A DNA stretch of 64,000 bases from Eledone cirrhosa (taxonomy: Eukaryota), in contig OZ024740.1 of NCBI GenBank assembly GCA_964016885.1, positions 127,658,001-127,722,000 on the forward strand. Reading direction: 5' to 3'. Positions 11,201 to 26,200 of this stretch are shown here, in pieces. Both the position numbers and the translations under genes were made by a program. The notes under the pieces are model-generated. The model did not search any database and was not told where the DNA came from. It saw only the letters and a list, made by a program, of their open reading frames with translations. The first letter of the stretch is position 1. Each line of letters begins with the position of its first letter.

Positions 11201-14200
11201 ATGTGTGTATTTATATGCATACTAATACTTCCGTATACATATGTAGATGTACACTTTAACTTAATTGTTTAAGCGTCAGTCATAGAAAAGTGAGTTAGAA
11301 GCGAAACGAAATTTAATTTCGTTTCGTTATTTGTTTTTATCGTTTCCGCTGAACCGGTGCGTACAATGACTCACGTTCTATGCAAATTAGTCTACCCACT
11401 ACTAATTTTCATAGAAAAAGCATATAACGATATGTGCTTTTACAATTCTCCAGAGAAGCCGGAAGATGGGTAAATATTGCTGATGAGATGTAATAACATC
11501 GAAACTAGTCCAATATTCCTGTCTGGCCCTCTGGAGAATAGAGGAAATGTGTTTCCTTGAAAACTCGTATGACTCTAAAACCCGGTCCGCCTGTGTGGTT
11601 ACATACAGACTAGCTGACACTCACTGTAAAGTGTCTAGTGAAAAGCTGAGTACATGTACATATGTATACATGTGTGTATTTATATGCATACTAATACTTC
11701 CGTATACATATGTAGATGTACACTTTAACTTAATTGTTTAAGCGTCAGTCATACAAAAGTGAGTTAGAAGCGAAACGAAATTTAATTTCGTTTCGTTATT
11801 TGTTTTTATCGTTTCCGCTGAACCGGTGCGTACAATGACTCACGTTCTATGCAAATTAGTCTACCCACTACTAATTTTCATAGAAAAAGCATATAACGAT
11901 ATGTGCTTTTACAATTCTCCAGAGAAGCCGGAAGATGGGTAAATATTGCTGATGAGATGTAATAACATCGAAACTAGTCCAATATTCCTGTCTGGCCCTC
12001 TGGAGAATAGAGGAAATGTGTTTCCTTGAAAACTCGTATCACTCTAACACCCGGTCCGCCTGTGTGGTTACATACAGACTAGCTGACACTCACTGTAAAG
12101 TGTCTAGTGAAAAGCTGAGTACATGTACATATGTATACATGTGTGTATTTATATGCATACTAATACTTCCGTATACATATGTAGATGTACACTTTAACTT
12201 AATTGTTTAAGCGTCAGTCATACAAAAGTGAGTTAGAAGCGAAACGAAATTTAATTTCGTTTCGTTATTTGTTTTTATCGTTTCCGCTGAACCGGTGCGT
12301 ACAATGACTCACGTTCTATGCAAATTAGTCTACCCACTACTAATTTTCATAGAAAAAGCATATAACGATATGTGCTTTTACAATTCTCCAGAGAAGCCGG
12401 AAGATGGGTAAATATTGCTGATGAGATGTAATAACATCGAAACTAGTCCAATATTCCTGTCTGGCCCTCTGGAGAATAGAGGAAATGTGTTTCCTTGAAA
12501 ACTCGTATGACTCTAAAACCCGGTCCGCCTGTGTGGTTACATACAGACTAGCTGACACTCACTGTAAAGTGTCTAGTGAAAAGCTGAGTACATGTACATA
12601 TGTATACATGTGTGTATTTATATGCATACTAATACTTCCGTATACATATGTAGATGTACACTTTAACTTAATTGTTTAAGCGTCAGTCATACAAAAGTGA
12701 GTTAGAAGCGAAACGAAATTTAATTTCGTTTCGTTATTTGTTTTTATCGTTTCCGCTGAACCGGTGCGTACAATGACTCACGTTCTATGCAAATTAGTCT
12801 ACCCACTACTAATTTTCATAGAAAAAGCATATAACGATATGTGCTTTTACAATTCTCCAGAGAAGCCGGAAGATGGGTAAATATTGCTGATGAGATGTAA
12901 TAACATCGAAACTAGTCCAATATTCCTGTCTGGCCCTCTGGTGAATAGAGGAAATGTGTTTCCTTGAAAACTCGTATGACTCTAAAACCCGGTCCGCCTG
13001 TGTGGTTACATTCAGACTAGCTGACACTCACTGTAAAGTGTCTAGTGAAAAGCTGAGTACATGTACATATGTATACATGTGTGTATTTATATGCATACTA
13101 ATACTTCCGTATACATATGTAGATGTACACTTTAACTTAATTGTTTAAGCGTCAGTCATACAAAAGTGAGTTAGAAGCGAAACGAAATTTAATTTCGTTT
13201 CGTTATTTGTTTTTATCGTTTCCGCTGAACCGGTGCGTACAATGACTCACGTTCTATGCAAATTAGTCTACCCACTACTAATTTTCATAGAAAAAGCATA
13301 TAACGATATGTGCTTTTACAATTCTCCAGAGAAGCCGGAAGATGGGTAAATATTGCTGATGAGATGTAATAACATCGAAACTAGTCCAATATTCCTGTCT
13401 GGCCCTCTGGGGAATAGAGGAAATGTGTTTCCTTGAAAACTCGTATGACTCTAAAACCCGGTCCGCCTGTGTGGTTACATACAGACTAGCTGACACTCAC
13501 TGTAAAGTGTCTAGTGAAAAGCTGAGTACATGTACATATGTATACATGTGTGTATTTATATGCATACTAATACTTCCGTATACATATGTAGATGTACACT
13601 TTAACTTAATTGTTTAAGCGTCAGTCATACAAAAGTGAGTTAGAAGCGAAACGAAATTTAATTTCGTTTCGTTATTTGTTTTTATCGTTTCCGCTGAACC
13701 GGTGCGTACAATGACTCACGTTCTATGCAAATTAGTCTACCCACTACTAATTTTCATAGAAAAAGCATATAACGATATGTGCTTTTACAATTCTCCAGAG
13801 AAGCCGGAAGATGGGTAAATATTGCTGATGAGATGTAATAACATCGAAACTAGTCCAATATTCCTGTCTGGCCCTCTGGAGAATAGAGGAAATGTGTTTC
13901 CTTGAAAACTCGTATGACTCTAAAACCCGGTCCGCCTGTGTGGTTACATACAGACTAGCTGACACTCACTGTAAAGTGTCTAGTGAAAAGCTGAGTACAT
14001 GTACATATGTATACATGTGTGTATTTATATGCATACTAATACTTGCGTATACATATGTAGATGTACACTTTAACTTAATTGTTTAAGCGTCAGTCATACA
14101 AAAGTGAGTTAGAAGCGAAACGAAATTTAATTTCGTTTCGTTATTTGTTTTTATCGTTTCCGCTGAACCGGTGCGTACAATGACTCACGTTCTATGCAAA

Positions 14201-17200
14201 TTAGTCTACCCACTACTAATTTTCATAGAAAAAGCATATAACGATATGTGCTTTTACAATTCTCCAGAGAAGCCGGAAGATGGGTAAATATTGCTGATGA
14301 GATGTAATAACATCGAAACTAGTCCAATATTCCTGTCTGGCCCTCTGGGGAATAGAGGAAATGTGTTTCCTTGAAAACTCGTATGACTCTAAAACCCGGT
14401 CCGCCTGTGTGGTTACATACAGACTAGCTGACACTCACTGTAAAGTGTCTAGTGAAAAGCTGAGTACATGTACATATGTATACATGTGTGTATTTATATG
14501 CATACTAATACTTCCGTATACATATGTAGATGTACACTTTAACTTAATTGTTTAAGCGTCAGTCATACAAAAGTGAGTTAGAAGCGAAACGAAATTTAAT
14601 TTCGTTTCGTTATTTGTTTTTATCGTTTCCGCTGAACCGGTGCGTACAATGACTCACGTTCTATGCAAATTAGTCTACCCACTACTAATTTTCATAGAAA
14701 AAGCATATAACGATATGTGCTTTTACAATTCTCCAGAGAAGCCGGAAGATGGGTAAATATTGCTGATGAGATGTAATAACATCGAAACTAGTCCAATATT
14801 CCTGTCTGGCCCTCTGGAGAATAGAGGAAATGTGTTTCCTTGAAAACTCGTATGACTCTAAAACCCGGTCCGCCTGTGTGGTTACATACAGACTAGCTGA
14901 CACTCACTGTAAAGTGTCTAGTGAAAAGCTGAGTACATGTACATATGTATACATGTGTGTATTTATATGCATACTAATACTTCCGTATACATATGTAGAT
15001 GTACACTTTAACTTAATTGTTTAAGCGTCAGTCATACAAAAGTGAGTTAGAAGCGAAACGAAATTTAATTTCGTTTCGTTATTTGTTTTTATCGTTTCCG
15101 CTGAACCGGTGCGTACAATGACTCACGTTCTATGCAAATTAGTCTACCCACTACTAATTTTCATAGAAAAAGCATATAACGATATGTGCTTTTACAATTC
15201 TCCAGAGAAGCCGGAAGATGGGTAAATATTGCTGATGAGATGTAATAACATCGAAACTAGTCCAATATTCCTGTCTGGCCCTCTGGAGAATAGAGGAAAT
15301 GTGTTTCCTTGAAAACTCGTATGACTCTAAAACCCGGTCCGCCTGTGTGGTTACATACAGACTAGCTGACACTCACTGTAAAGTGTCTAGTGAAAAGCTG
15401 AGTACATGTACATATGTATACATGTGTGTATTTATATGCATACTAATACTTCCGTATACATATGTAGATGTACACTTTAACTTAATTGTTTAAGCGTCAG
15501 TCATACAAAAGTGAGTTAGAAGCGAAACAAAATTTAATTTCGTTTCGTTATTTGTTTTTATCGTTTCCGCTGAACCGGTGCGTACAATGACTCACGTTCT
15601 ATGCAAATTAGTCTACCCACTACTAATTTTCATAGAAAAAGCATATAACGATATGTGCTTTTACAATTCTCCAGAGAAGCCGGAAGATGGGTAAATATTG
15701 CTGATGAGATGTAATAACATCGAAACTAGTCCAATATTCCTGTCTGGCCCTCTGGAGAATAGAGCAAATGTGTTTCCTTGAAAACTCGTATGACTCTAAA
15801 ACCCGGTCCGCCTGTGTGGTTACATACAGACTAGCTGACACTCACTGTAAAGTGTCTAGTGAAAAGCTGAGTACATGTACATATGTATACATGTGTGTAT
15901 TTATATGCATACTAATACTTCCGTATACATATGTAGATGTACACTTTAACTTAATAGTTTAAGCGTCAGTCATACAAAAGTGAGTTAGAAGCGAAACGAA
16001 ATTTAATTTCGTTTCGTTATTTGTTTTTATCGTTTCCGCTGAACCGGTGCGTACAATGACTCACGTTCTATGCAAATTAGTCTACCCACTACTAATTTTC
16101 ATAGAAAAAGCATATAACGATATGTGCTTTTACAATTCTCCAGAGAAGCCGGAATATGGGTAAATATTGCTGATGAGATGTAATAACATCGAAACTAGTC
16201 CAATATTCCTGTCTGGCCCTCTGGAGAATAGAGGAAATGTGTTTCCTTGAAAACTCGTATGACTCTAAAACCCGGTCCGCCTGTGTGGTTACATACAGAC
16301 TAGCTGACACTCACTGTAAAGTGTCTAGTGAAAAGCTGAGTACATGTACATATGTATACATGTGTGTATTTATATGCATACTAATACTTCCGTATACATA
16401 TGTAGATGTACACTTTAACTTAATTGTTTAAGCGTCAGTCATACAAAAGTGAGTTAGAAGCGAAACGAAATTTAATTTCGTTTCGTTATTTGTTTTTATC
16501 GTTTCCGCTGAACCGGTGCGTACAATGACTCACGTTCTATGCAAATTAGTCTACCCACTACTAATTTTCATAGAAAAAGCATATAACGATATGTGCTTTT
16601 ACAATTCTCCAGAGAAGCCGGAAGATGGGTAAATATTGCTGATGAGATGTAATAACATCGAAACTAGTCCAATATTCCTGTCTGGCCCTCTGGAGAATAG
16701 AGGAAATGTGTTTCCTTGAAAACTCGTATGACTCTAAAACCCGGTCCGCCTGTGTGGTTACATACAGACTAGCTGACACTCACTGTAAAGTGTCTAGTGA
16801 AAAGCTGAGTACATGTACATATGTATACATGTGTGTATTTATATGCATACTAATACTTCCGTATACATATGTAGATGTACACTTTAACTTAATTGTTTAA
16901 GCGTCAGTCATACAAAAGTGAGTTAGAAGCGAAACGAAATTTAATTTCGTTTCGTTATTTGTTTTTATCGTTTCCGCCGAACCGGTGCGTACAATGACTC
17001 ACGTTCTATGCAAATTAGTCTACCCACTACTAATTTTCATAGAAAAAGCATATAACGATATGTGCTTTTACAATTCTCCAGAGAAGCCGGAAGATGGGTA
17101 AATATTGCTGATGAGATGTAATAACATCGAAACTAGTCCAATATTCCTGTCTGGCCCTCTGGAGAATAGAGGAAATGTGTTTCCTTGAAAACTCGTATGA

Positions 17201-20200
17201 CTCTAAAACCCAGTCCGCCTGTGTGGTTACATACAGACTAGCTGACACTCACTGTAAAGTGTCTAGTGAAAAGCTGAGTACATGTACATATGTATACATG
17301 TGTGTATTTATATGCATACTAATACTTCCGTATACATATGTAGATGTACACTTTAACTTAATTGTTTAAGCGTCAGTCATACAAAAGTGAGTTAGAAGCG
17401 AAACGAAATTTAATTTCGTTTCGTTATTTGTTTTTATCGTTTCCGCTGAACCGGTGCGTACAATGACTCACGTTCTATGCAAATTAGTCTACCCACTACT
17501 AATTTTCATAGAAAAAGCATATAACGATATGTGCTTTTACAATTCTCCAGAGAAGCCGGAAGATGGGTAAATATTGCTGATGAGATGTAATAACATCGAA
17601 ACTAGTCCAATATTCCTGTCTGGCCCTCTGGTGAATAGAGGAAATGTGTTTCCTTGAAAACTCGTATGACTCTAAAACCCGGTCCGCCTGTGTGGTTACA
17701 TACAGACTAGCTGACACTCACTGTAAAGTGTCTAGTGAAAAGCTGAGTACATGTACATATGTATACATGTGTGTATTTATATGCATACTAATACTTCCGT
17801 ATACATATGTAGATGTACACTTTAACTTAATTGTTTAAGCGTCAGTCATACAAAAGTGAGTTAGAAGCGAAACGAAATTTAATTTCGTTTCGTTATTTGT
17901 TTTTATCGTTTCCGCTGAACCGGTGCGTACAATGACTCACGTTCTATGCAAATTAGTCTACCCACTACTAATTTTCATAGAAAAAGCATATAACGATATG
18001 TGCTTTTACAATTCTCCAGAGAAGCCGGAAGATGGGTAAATATTGCTGATGAGATGTAATAACATCGAAACTAGTCCAATATTCCTGTCTGGCCCTCTGG
18101 AGAATAGAGGAAATGTGTTTCCTTGAAAACTCGTATGACTCTAAAACCCGGTCCGCCTGTGTGGTTACATACAGACTAGCTGACACTCACTGTAAAGTGT
18201 CTAGTGAAAAGCTGAGTACATGTACATATGTATACATGTGTGTATTTATATGCATACTAATACTTCCGTATACATATGTAGATGTACACTTTAACTTAAT
18301 TGTTTAAGCGTCAGTCATACAAAAGTGAGTTAGAAGCGAAACGAAATTTAATTTCGTTTCGTTATTTGTTTTTATCGTTTCCGCCGAACCGGTGCGTACA
18401 ATGACTCACGTTCTATGCAAATTAGTCTACCCACTACTAATTTTCATAGAAAAAGCATATAACGATATGTGCTTTTACAATTCTCCAGAGAAGCCGGAAG
18501 ATGGGTAAATATTGCTGATGAGATGTAATAACATCGAAACTAGTCCAATATTCCTGTCTGGCCCTCTGGAGAATAGAGGAAATGTGTTTCCTTGAAAACT
18601 CGTATGACTCTAAAACCCAGTCCGCCTGTGTGGTTACATACAGACTAGCTGACACTCACTGTAAAGTGTCTAGTGAAAAGCTGAGTACATGTACATATGT
18701 ATACATGTGTGTATTTATATGCATACTAATACTTCCGTATACATATGTAGATGTACACTTTAACTTAATTGTTTAAGCGTCAGTCATACAAAAGTGAGTT
18801 AGAAGCGAAACGAAATTTAATTTCGTTTCGTTATTTGTTTTTATCGTTTCCGCTGAACCGGTGCGTACAATGACTCACGTTCTATGCAAATTAGTCTACC
18901 CACTACTAATTTTCATAGAAAAAGCATATAACGATATGTGCTTTTACAATTCTCCAGAGAAGCCGGAAGATGGGTAAATATTGCTGATGAGATGTAATAA
19001 CATCGAAACTAGTCCAATATTCCTGTCTGGCCCTCTGGTGAATAGAGGAAATGTGTTTCCTTGAAAACTCGTATGACTCTAAAACCCGGTCCGCCTGTGT
19101 GGTTACATACAGACTAGCTGACACTCACTGTAAAGTGTCTAGTGAAAAGCTGAGTACATGTACATATGTATACATGTGTGTATTTATATGCATACTAATA
19201 CTTCCGTATACATATGTAGATGTACACTTTAACTTAATTGTTTAAGCGTCAGTCATACAAAAGTGAGTTAGAAGCGAAACGAAATTTAATTTCGTTTCGT
19301 TATTTGTTTTTATCGTTTCCGCTGAACCGGTGCGTACAATGACTCACGTTCTATGCAAATTAGTCTACCCACTACTAATTTTCATAGAAAAAGCATATAA
19401 CGATATGTGCTTTTACAATTCTCCAGAGAAGCCGGAAGATGGGTAAATATTGCTGATGAGATGTAATAACATCGAAACTAGTCCAATATTCCTGTCTGGC
19501 CCTCTGGAGAATAGAGGAAATGTGTTTCCTTGAAAACTCGTATGACTCTAAAACCCGGTCCGCCTGTGTGGTTACATACAGACTAGCTGACACTCACTGT
19601 AATGTGTCTAGTGAAAAGCTGAGTACATGTACATATGTATACATGTGTGTATTTATATGCATACTAATACTTCCGTATACATATGTAGATGTACACTTTA
19701 ACTTAATTGTTTAAGCGTCAGTCATACAAAAGTGAGTTAGAAGCGAAACGAAATTTAATTTCGTTTCGTTATTTGTTTTTATCGTTTCCGCTGAACCGGT
19801 GCGTACAATGACTCACGTGCTATGCAAATTAGTCTACCCACTACTAATTTTCATAGAAAAAGCATATAACGATATGTGCTTTTACAATTCTCCAGAGAAG
19901 CCGGAAGATGGGTAAATATTGCTGATGAGATGTAATAACATCGAAACTAGTCCAATATTCCTGTCTGGCCCTCTGGAGAATAGAGGAAATGTGTTTCCTT
20001 GAAAACTCGTATGACTCTAAAACCCGGTCCGCCTGTGTGGTTACATACAGACTAACTGACACTCACTGTAAAGTGTCTAGTGAAAAGCTGAGTACATGTA
20101 CATATGTATACATGTGTGTATTTATATGCATACTAATACTTCCGTATACATATGTAGATGTACACTTTAACTTAATTGTTTAAGCGTCAGTCATACAAAA

Positions 20201-23200
20201 GTGAGTTAGAAGCGAAACGAAATTTAATTTCGTTTCGTTATTTGTTTTTATCGTTTCCGCTGAACCGGTGCGTACAATGACTCACGTTCTATGCAAATTA
20301 GTCTACCCACTACTAATTTTCATAGAAAAAGCATATAACGATATGTGCTTTTACAATTCTCCAGAGAAGCCGGAAGATGGGTAAATATTGCTGATGAGAT
20401 GTAATAACATCGAAACTAGTCCAATATTCCTGTCTGGCCCTCTGGTGAATAGAGGAAATGTGTTTCCTTGAAAACTCGTATGACTCTAAAACCCGGTCCG
20501 CCTGTGTGGTTACATACAGACTAGCTGACACTCACTGTAAAGTGTCTAGTGAAAAGCTGAGTACATGTACATATGTATACATGTGTGTATTTATATGCAT
20601 ACTAATACTTCCGTATACATATGTAGATGTACACTTTAACTTAATTGTTTAAGCGTCAGTCATACAAAAGTGAGTTAGAAGCGAAACGAAATTTAATTTC
20701 GTTTCGTTATTTGTTTTTATCGTTTCCGCTGAACCGGTGCGTACAATGACTCACGTTCTATGCAAATTAGTCTACCCACTACTAATTTTCATAGAAAAAG
20801 CATATAACGATATGTGCTTTTACAATTCTCCAGAGAAGCCGGAAGATGGGTAAATATTGCTGATGAGATGTAATAACATCGAAACTAGTCCAATATTCCT
20901 GTCTGGCCCTCTGGAGAATAGAGGAAATGAGTTTCCTTGAAAACTCGTATGACTCTAAAACCCGGTCCGCCTGTGTGGTTACATACAGACTAGCTGACAC
21001 TCACTGTAAAGTGTCTAGTGAAAAGCTGAGTACATGTACATATGTATACATGTGTGTATTTATATGCATACTAATACTTCCGTATACATATGTAGATGTA
21101 CACTTTAACTTAATTGTTTAAGCGTCAGTCATACAAAAGTGAGTTAGAAGCGAAACGAAATTTAATTTCGTTTCGTTATTTGTTTTTATCGTTTCCGCTG
21201 AACCGGTGCGTACAATGACTCACGTTCTATGCAAATTAGTCTACCCACTACTAATTTTCATAGAAAAAGCATATAACGATATGTGCTTTTACAATTCTCC
21301 AGAGAAGCCGGAAGATGGGTAAATATTGCTGATGAGATGTAATAACATCGAAACTAGTCCAATATTCCTGTCTGGCCCTCTGGAGAATAGAGGAAATGTG
21401 TTTCCTTGAAAACTCGTATGACTCTAAAACCCGGTCCGCCTGTGTGGTTACATACAGACTAGCTGACACTCACTGTAAAGTGTCTAGTGAAAAGCTGAGT
21501 ACATGTACATATGTATACATGTGTGTATTTATATGCATACTAATACTTCCGTATACATATGTAGATGTACACTTTAACTTAATTGTTTAAGCGTCAGTCA
21601 TACAAAAGTGAGTTAGAAGCGAAACGAAATTTAATTTCGTTTCGTTATTTGTTTTTATCGTTTCCGCTGAACCGGTGCGTACAATGACTCACGTTCTATG
21701 CAAATTAGTCTACCCACTACTAATTTTCATAGAAAAAGCATATAACGATATGTGCTTTTACAATTCTCCAGAGAAGCCGGAAGATGGGTAAATATTGCTG
21801 ATGAGATGTAATAACATCGAAACTAGTCCAATATTCCTGTCTGGCCCTCTGGAGAATAGAGGAAATGTGTTTCCTTGAAAACTCGTATGACTCTAAAACC
21901 CGGTCCGCCTGTGTGGTTACATACAGACTAGCTGACACTCACTGTAAAGTGTCTAGTGAAAAGCTGAGTACATGTACATATGTATACATGTGTGTATTTA
22001 TATGCATACTAATACTTCCGTATACATATGTAGATGTACACTTTAACTTAATTGTTTAAGCGTCAGTCATACAAAAGTGAGTTAGAAGCGAAACGAAATT
22101 TAATTTCGTTTCGTTATTTGTTTTTTTCGTTTCCGCTGAACCGGTGCGTACAATGACTCACGTTCTATGCAAATTAGTCTACCCACTACTAATTTTCATA
22201 GAAAAAGCATATAACGATATGTGCTTTTACAATTCTCCAGAGAAGCCGGAAGATGGGTAAATATTGCTGATGAGATGTAATAACATCGAAACTAGTCCAA
22301 TATTCCTGTCTGGCCCTCTGGAGAATAGAGGAAATGTGTTTCCTTGAAAACTCGTATTACTCTAAAACCCGGTCCGCCTGTGTGGTTACATACAGACTAG
22401 CTGACACTCACTGTAAAGTGTCTAGTGAAAAGCTGAGTACATGTACATATGTATACATGTGTGTATTTATATGCATACTAATACTTCCGTATACATATGT
22501 AGATGTACACTTTAACTTAATTGTTTAAGCGTCAGTCATACAAAAGTGAGTTAGAAGCGAAACGAAATTTAATTTCGTTTCGTTATTTGTTTTTATCGTT
22601 TCCGCTGAACCGGTGCGTACAATGACTCACGTTCTATGCAAATTAGTCTACCCACTACTAATTTTCATAGAAAAAGCATATAACGATATGTGCTTTTACA
22701 ATTCTCCAGAGAAGCCGGAAGATGGGTAAATATTGCTGATGAGATGTAATAACATCGAAACTAGTCCAATATTCCTGTCTGGCCCTCTGGAGAATAGAGG
22801 AAATGTGTTTCCTTGAAAACTCGTATGACTCTAAAACCCGGTCCGCCTGTGTGGTTACATACAGACTAGCTGACACTCACTGTAAAGTGTCTAGTGAAAA
22901 GCTGAGTACATGTACATATGTATACATGTGTGTATTTATATGCATACTAATACTTCCGTATACATATGTAGATGTACACTTTAACTTAATTGTTTAAGCG
23001 TCAGTCATACAAAAGTGAGTTAGAAGCGAAACGAAATTTAATTTCGTTTCGTTATTTGTTTTTATCGTTTCCGCTGAACCGGTGCGTACAATGACTCACG
23101 TTCTATGCAAATTAGTCTACCCACTACTAATTTTCATAGAAAAAGCATATAACGATATGTGCTTTTACAATTCTCCAGAGAAGCCGGAAGATGGGTAAAT

Positions 23201-26200
23201 ATTGCTGATGAGATGTAATAACATCGAAACTAGTCCAATATTCCTGTCTGGCCCTCTGGAGAATAGAGGAAATGTGTTTCCTTGAAAACTCGTATGACTC
23301 TAAAACCCGGTCCGCCTGTGTGGTTACATACAGACTAGCTGACACTCACTGTAAAGTGTCTAGTGAAAAGCTGAGTACATGTACATATGTATACATGTGT
23401 GTATTTATATGCATACTAATACTTCCGTATACATATGTAGATGTACACTTTAACTTAATTGTTTAAGCGTCAGTCATACAAAAGTGAGTTAGAAGCGAAA
23501 CGAAATTTAATTTCGTTTCGTTATTTGTTTTTATCGTTTCCGCTGAACCGGTGCGTACAATGACTCACGTTCTATGCAAATTAGTCTACCCACTACTAAT
23601 TTTCATAGAAAAAGCATATAACGATATGTGCTGTTACAATTCTCCAGAGAAGCCGGAAGATGGGTAAATATTGCTGATGAGATGTAATAACATCGAAACT
23701 AGTCCAATATTCCTGTCTGGCCCTCTGGTGAATAGAGGAAATGTGTTTCCTTGAAAACTCGTATGACTCTAAAACCCGGTCCGCCTGTGTGGTTACATAC
23801 AGACTAGCTGACACTCACTGTAAAGTGTCTAGTGAAAAGCTGAGTACATGTACATATGTATACATGTGTGTATTTATATGCATACTAATACTTCCGTATA
23901 CATATGTAGATGTACACTTTAACTTAATTGTTTAAGCGTCAGTCATACAAAAGTGAGTTAGAAGCGAAACGAAATTTAATTTCGTTTCGTTATTTGTTTT
24001 TATCGTTTCCGCTGAACCGGTGCGTACAATGACTCACGTTCTATGCAAATTAGTCTACCCACTACTAATTTTCATAGAAAAAGCATATAACGATATGTGC
24101 TTTTACAATTCTCCAGAGAAGCCGGAAGATGGGTAAATATTGCTGATGAGATGTAATAACATCGAAACTAGTCCAATATTCCTGTCTGGCCCTCTGGAGA
24201 ATAGAGGAAATGTGTTTCCTTGAAAACTCGTATGACTCTAAAACCCGGTCCGCCTGTGTGGTTACATACAGACTAGCTGACACGCACTGTAAAGTGTCTA
24301 GTGAAAAGCTGAGTACATGTACATATGTATACATGTGTGTATTTATATGCATACTAATACTTCCGTATACATATGTAGATGTACACTTTAACTTAATTGT
24401 TTAAGCGTCAGTCATACAAAAGTGAGTTAGAAGCGAAACGAAATTTAATTTCGTTTCGTTATTTGTTTTTATCGTTTCCGCTGAACCGGTGCGTACAATG
24501 ACTCACGTTCTATGCAAATTAGTCTACCCACTACTAATTTTCATAGAAAAAGCATATAACGATATGTGCTTTTACAATTCTCCAGAGAAGCCGGAAGATG
24601 GGTAAATATTGCTGATGAGATGTAATAACATCGAAACTAGTCCAATATTCCTGTCTGGCCCTCTGGTGAATAGAGGAAATGTGTTTCCTTGAAAACTCGT
24701 ATGACTCTAAAACCCGGTCCGCCTGTGTGGTTACATACAGACTAGCTGACACTCACTGTAAAGTGTCTAGTGAAAAGCTGAGTACATGTACATATGTATA
24801 CATGTGTGTATTTATATGCATACTAATACTTCCGTATACATATGTAGATGTACACTTTAACTTAATTGTTTAAGCGTCAGTCATACAAAAGTGAGTTAGA
24901 AGCGAAACGAAATTTAATTTCGTTTCGTTATTTGTTTTTATCGTTTCCGCTGAACCGGTGCGTACAATGACTCACGTTCTATGCAAATTAGTCTACCCAC
25001 TACTAATTTTCATAGAAAAAGCATATAACGATATGTGCTTTTACAATTCTCCAGAGAAGCCGGAAGATGGGTAAATATTGCTGATGAGATGTAATAACAT
25101 CGAAACTAGTCCAATATTCCTGTCTGGCCCTCTGGAGAATAGAGGAAATGTGTTTCCTTGAAAACTCGTATGACTCTAAAACCCGGTCCGCCTGTGTGGT
25201 TACATACAGACTAGCTGACACTCACTGTAAAGTGTCTAGTGAAAAGCTGAGTACATGTACATATGTATACATGTGTGTATTTATATGCATACTAATACTT
25301 CCGTATACATATGTAGATGTACACTTTAACTTAATTGTTTAAGCGTCAGTCATACAAAAGTGAGTTAGAAGCGAAACGAAATTTAATTTCGTTTCGTTAT
25401 TTGTTTTTATCGTTTCCGCTGAACCGGTGCGTACAATGACTCACGTTCTATGCAAATTAGTCTACCCACTACTAATTTTCATAGAAAAAGCATATAACGA
25501 TATGTGCTTTTACAATTCTCCAGAGAAGCCGGAAGATGGGTAAATATTGCTGATGAGATGTAATAACATCGAAACTAGTCCAATATTCCTGTCTGGCCCT
25601 CTGGAGAATAGAGGAAATGTGTTTCCTTGAAAACTCGTATGACTCTAAAACCCGGTCCGCCTGTGTGGTTACATACAGACTAGCTGACACTCACTGTAAA
25701 GTGTCTAGTGAAAAGCTGAGTACATGTACATATGTATACATGTGTGTATTTATATGCATACTAATACTTCCGTATACATATGTAGATGTACACTTTAACT
25801 TAATTGTTTAAGCGTCAGTCATACAAAAGTGAGTTAGAAGCGAAACGAAATTTAATTTCGTTTCGTTATTTGTTTTTATCGTTTCCGCTGAACCGGTGCG
25901 TACAATGACTCACGTTCTATGCAAATTAGTCTACCCACTACTAATTTTCATAGAAAAAGCATATAACGATATGTGCTTTTACAATTCTCCAGAGAAGCCG
26001 GAAGATGGGTAAATATTGCTGATGAGATGTAATAACATCGAAACTAGTCCAATATTCCTGTCTGGCCCTCTGGAGAATAGAGGAAATGTGTTTCCTTGAA
26101 AACTCGTATGACTCTAAAACCCGGTCCGCCTGTGTGGTTACATACAGACTAGCTGACACTCACTGTAAAGTGTCTAGTGAAAAGCTGAGTACATGTACAT